In this document: positions 48,584-51,143 of the stretch, in pieces
How positions within the stretch are numbered: the stretch's first letter is position 1
Layout: each line of letters starts with the position of its first letter
IMG/VR virus record: IMGVR_UViG_3300014656_000038
Location: 1-51,143 of that record
From: a virus
Lineage: Duplodnaviria > Caudoviricetes
Direction: 5' to 3' (one strand)
DNA: 51,143 nucleotides
The notes under the pieces: model-generated
Told to the model about the DNA's origin: nothing
Databases searched by the model: none
Seen by the model: the letters and a program-made list of their open reading frames with translations, nothing else
Made by a program: the position numbers and the translations under genes

Positions 48584-49027
48584 GTGAGAAAAATGTTAAG
48601 TTTCCTTTTTTCTATTAGAAAAATTAAGAAAAATAAACCTGGATATTTATCACCAATGCAGATAGTAAATGGAGTTGTAAACTTGGTAGATGCTAAAAGA
48701 AAATTAAATAACCGTGAGTTCGAGTTGGTACATTTCATTCATCTAGAAATAAGTAAATATAATGAAAAAAAACTATTCAATAGTTATATGGAATATCTTG
48801 AATTTTTATCATATTTGATATGTCAGTTTGACATTATAATTCCATATTACAAAATTTGTGGGAATCCTAATTATGTGAATTCTATAGACATGAATGATGA
48901 AAATGAAAAGCATATCTACAGACTAAAATCAATAGAGCACCTTAAAAACAACATCTATAAATTCGAAGGAGACACTGTTTGGGATCAAATGATAATTAAA
49001 TTTAGAACAGTTTTCTATGGTTTTTAG
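48584..49027 (+). CDS. Hypothetical protein
   Basis: ORF with AGGA RBS, GTG start. Confidence 0.6.
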   Translation: MRKMLSFLFSIRKIKKNKPGYLSPMQIVNGVVNLVDAKRKLNNREFELVHFIHLEISKYNEKKLFNSYMEYLEFLSYLICQFDIIIPYYKICGNPNYVNSIDMNDENEKHIYRLKSIEHLKNNIYKFEGDTVWDQMIIKFRTVFYGF

Positions 49028-49090
49028 GTTAATAATATGATAGTGAGATCAATATGAAAAAGACCTTTTAGAAAAATAAAGCATCCATGA

Positions 49091-49378
49091 TTGTATTGGT
49101 GGATTACTTTGATTATCGTTATAGTCATTAATACTTTTATTGCGGACACTCTTGGAGTAGAGCCACAAAATTTGTACATTGTTAATGAATTAATGTTATT
49201 TTTTATGCCACTACAAGATAAGAAAGTACCTCACAAACAAACAAAAAATGACGATTGGAATAGTAAAACCATTGAAGAAAAGAGAACACAAATTGAAAAA
49301 GCAATGAATCAAAGAATGAACGAAATGAGAAATGATGGTATTGATTTTGATAAGGATCTTAATGAAGTGGCGCAATGA
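49091..49378 (+). CDS. Hypothetical membrane protein, possibly 5'-truncated
   Basis: TTG start directly after an in-frame stop, no clear RBS. Confidence 0.4.
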   Translation: MYWWITLIIVIVINTFIADTLGVEPQNLYIVNELMLFFMPLQDKKVPHKQTKNDDWNSKTIEEKRTQIEKAMNQRMNEMRNDGIDFDKDLNEVAQ

Positions 49379-49448
49379 ATCAATGATTATAACACTGGAC
49401 TGCTATGAAAAAGTGTAAAATAAATGCATTCAAAAGGAGGGAAATATT

Positions 49449-50705
49449 ATGTGGTTTTTATGGGGATTATTGATGTGGTTTGGTTGTCATACAGCATTGA
49501 ATCTATGCTTGTCGTTTTCAAGGAAATACAAAGATAGTAATTATGGAATGGACTTATATGTTGCTATTGGTGCTGGAGTGGCTTGCGTAGGTGCAACAAT
49601 TTTTGCGTTTTCATATCTTGACAAGGAAATTGCTTTGTTTATAGGTGGTGCTATTGGTTTTCTAACTGGTGGATGGCATTTTAATCTCAATAAGAAAGTT
49701 GAAACGTTAAAGTCAACTCTCGCAAAAGATGAATTTTTACAATCAAACAGAACAAAATATGATGAAGTGGATGATGATGAAACATTATCAGGTCTTGCAG
49801 AGGAAATGGAGCGTGCAAAAAATGACCCCGTATTAAAAGAGTTAATGTCGCAGTTCGGTGGAATGTCTGGAAAACAAATTTTCGGTAAGAATTTTATCAT
49901 GGACGAAAAAGAGTTTGAAAAAGTTCAAAAACAACACCCTTGGACGATGCAATCAAGCATAACATTTGCAAACAAACAAAGAAGTGGTAAAGATTGTCAA
50001 CTTGATTTTTGGGAAAGTTTATCAATGATTTCTTGCTTTATCTTTGGTGCTATGGGTTTTGAAAAAGATTTAGACAAGGCAGAGCAAATGCTAAAACATT
50101 TGATACCGCCTCAAGCACCGCACGAACAAATAATGTTTATTACTGCACATACAAACATTTTGCGTGGAACAATTTATGTATACAAAAAAGAATATGTTAA
50201 AGCGTGTTATTATTTAATTTCAGGGTTAAAACTCGGCACAAATCTTTCCACCCCATATTGTGATTTTATTCGCTATATAATTGACAAAATATTAAAACTA
50301 CCAAACCAAAAGGCAAAGTATACAGGTGTTGGGTATAGTGCAAAACAATATATGGGTTCGACGACTGAGGTAAACCAAGGCGAATATGATATATGGGCAA
50401 CAATGCAAATTGTTCCTTGTTTAGAAGGTGATAATGGCGAGGTTGTCTTAGCTCATCAAGGATCAAGTGGTTTATATGGTTATTTAGAAAAACGTGGTGA
50501 AGAAAATGGAATTGACATTTACGAAACTTATATTATTGATATTAACTTTAATTTGAAAACTATTAAGTTCTATTGCAATAATTATTTTTTATCAAAAGAG
50601 CCAAAGCCGATAAATATACCAAATGGCTTTCATATCAACAAAGATTATGCTCCAAATATACAAGGTTCGATTATAGGCAGCAATGGCCAATTCATAGTTA
50701 AGTAA
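49449..50705 (+). CDS. Membrane protein with Sel1/TPR-like helices
   Basis: AGGAGG RBS, three TMs, GFEKDLDKA. Confidence 0.7.
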   Translation: MWFLWGLLMWFGCHTALNLCLSFSRKYKDSNYGMDLYVAIGAGVACVGATIFAFSYLDKEIALFIGGAIGFLTGGWHFNLNKKVETLKSTLAKDEFLQSNRTKYDEVDDDETLSGLAEEMERAKNDPVLKELMSQFGGMSGKQIFGKNFIMDEKEFEKVQKQHPWTMQSSITFANKQRSGKDCQLDFWESLSMISCFIFGAMGFEKDLDKAEQMLKHLIPPQAPHEQIMFITAHTNILRGTIYVYKKEYVKACYYLISGLKLGTNLSTPYCDFIRYIIDKILKLPNQKAKYTGVGYSAKQYMGSTTEVNQGEYDIWATMQIVPCLEGDNGEVVLAHQGSSGLYGYLEKRGEENGIDIYETYIIDINFNLKTIKFYCNNYFLSKEPKPINIPNGFHINKDYAPNIQGSIIGSNGQFIVK

Positions 50706-50841
50706 AGTTTTTCTCGGCTCAAGGGAAACAATTTGGCTTGTGGTTGGTGTGGTGCATTTATGACGTCAAGGCGAGAGGGGAGCAAACAAAGCAAGTCCAC
50801 TCTATTTTATAGTAAGGTTGTCTTTAATATTTTATATGTTG

Positions 50842-50992
50842 CATTGTCCTACACTTTCCTCCGTTGTCCTCTAAAAGGTATGTTGATGGACAAAAGAACA
50901 CTTTTCTTTCATTGTCCTACACTTTCCTCCGTTGTCCTCTAAAAGGTATGTTGATGGACAAAAGAACACTTTAAAGTGTTTTCATAAAAAAA
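50842..50992. repeat. res-like site D, 63-bp tandem duplication (50842-50904, 50910-50972)
   Basis: Two identical copies, each with TGTCCTCTAAAAGGTATGTTGATGGACA. Confidence 0.85.
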
Positions 50993-51143
50993 TGCGAGTT
51001 TATTTGTGCTCCTATGGCACCATTAGCAGAGCATAGGTTTGATACGACAATATCAAGCCTTTTTTTGTTGAAAAATATGTGATTTCCACTGTTTTTTCTT
51101 GAATTTGATATAATTTAAGTTCTTTTTATAGATTTCGTCCAGA

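Noticed and set aside
50715-50942. 69-aa ORF or IS remnant in slightly GC-richer segment
   Set aside because: Runs through the repeat site; no transposase or terminal repeats recognised
50842-50972. CRISPR array from the 63-bp (or 272-334 21-bp) repeats
   Set aside because: Only two copies, no spacer series, no cas genes

Overview
AT-rich window (standard genetic code, TGA used as stop) holding an apparently intact temperate siphovirus-type prophage of about 40 kb (~270-40050) right after a tRNA-Leu(CAG), followed by ~11 kb of accessory/defence-like genes. Order: two tandem large serine recombinases plus an unlisted SHOCT-like gene; XRE repressor/Cro-like switch; tyrosine recombinase, antirepressor, excisionase; C5 methyltransferase; replication initiator with iterons; LlaJI-type RM system (M1, M2, McrB-like, McrC-like); GmrSD-like nuclease; ParB-methyltransferase, metK, HNH; cos-type packaging genes; HK97-type head; long tail with a -1 frameshift chaperone; two holin-like genes but no recognisable endolysin, suggesting (inference) a wall-less Acholeplasmatales/Izemoplasmatales-like host. 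Non-coding highlights: (1) a family of res-like sites (core TGTCCTnnAAAGGTATGTT) forming ~60-70 bp direct repeats around two cargo modules, one carrying rep+ori+RM; (2) a four-copy promoter GTCTTCAGTTTGACCMCCAAA-N16-GATAnAAT with invariant spacing upstream of both late operons and the recombinase operon; (3) structured RNA candidates behind those promoters. All family assignments are from visual motif recognition, no searches were run; the right prophage boundary (attR) was not identified.
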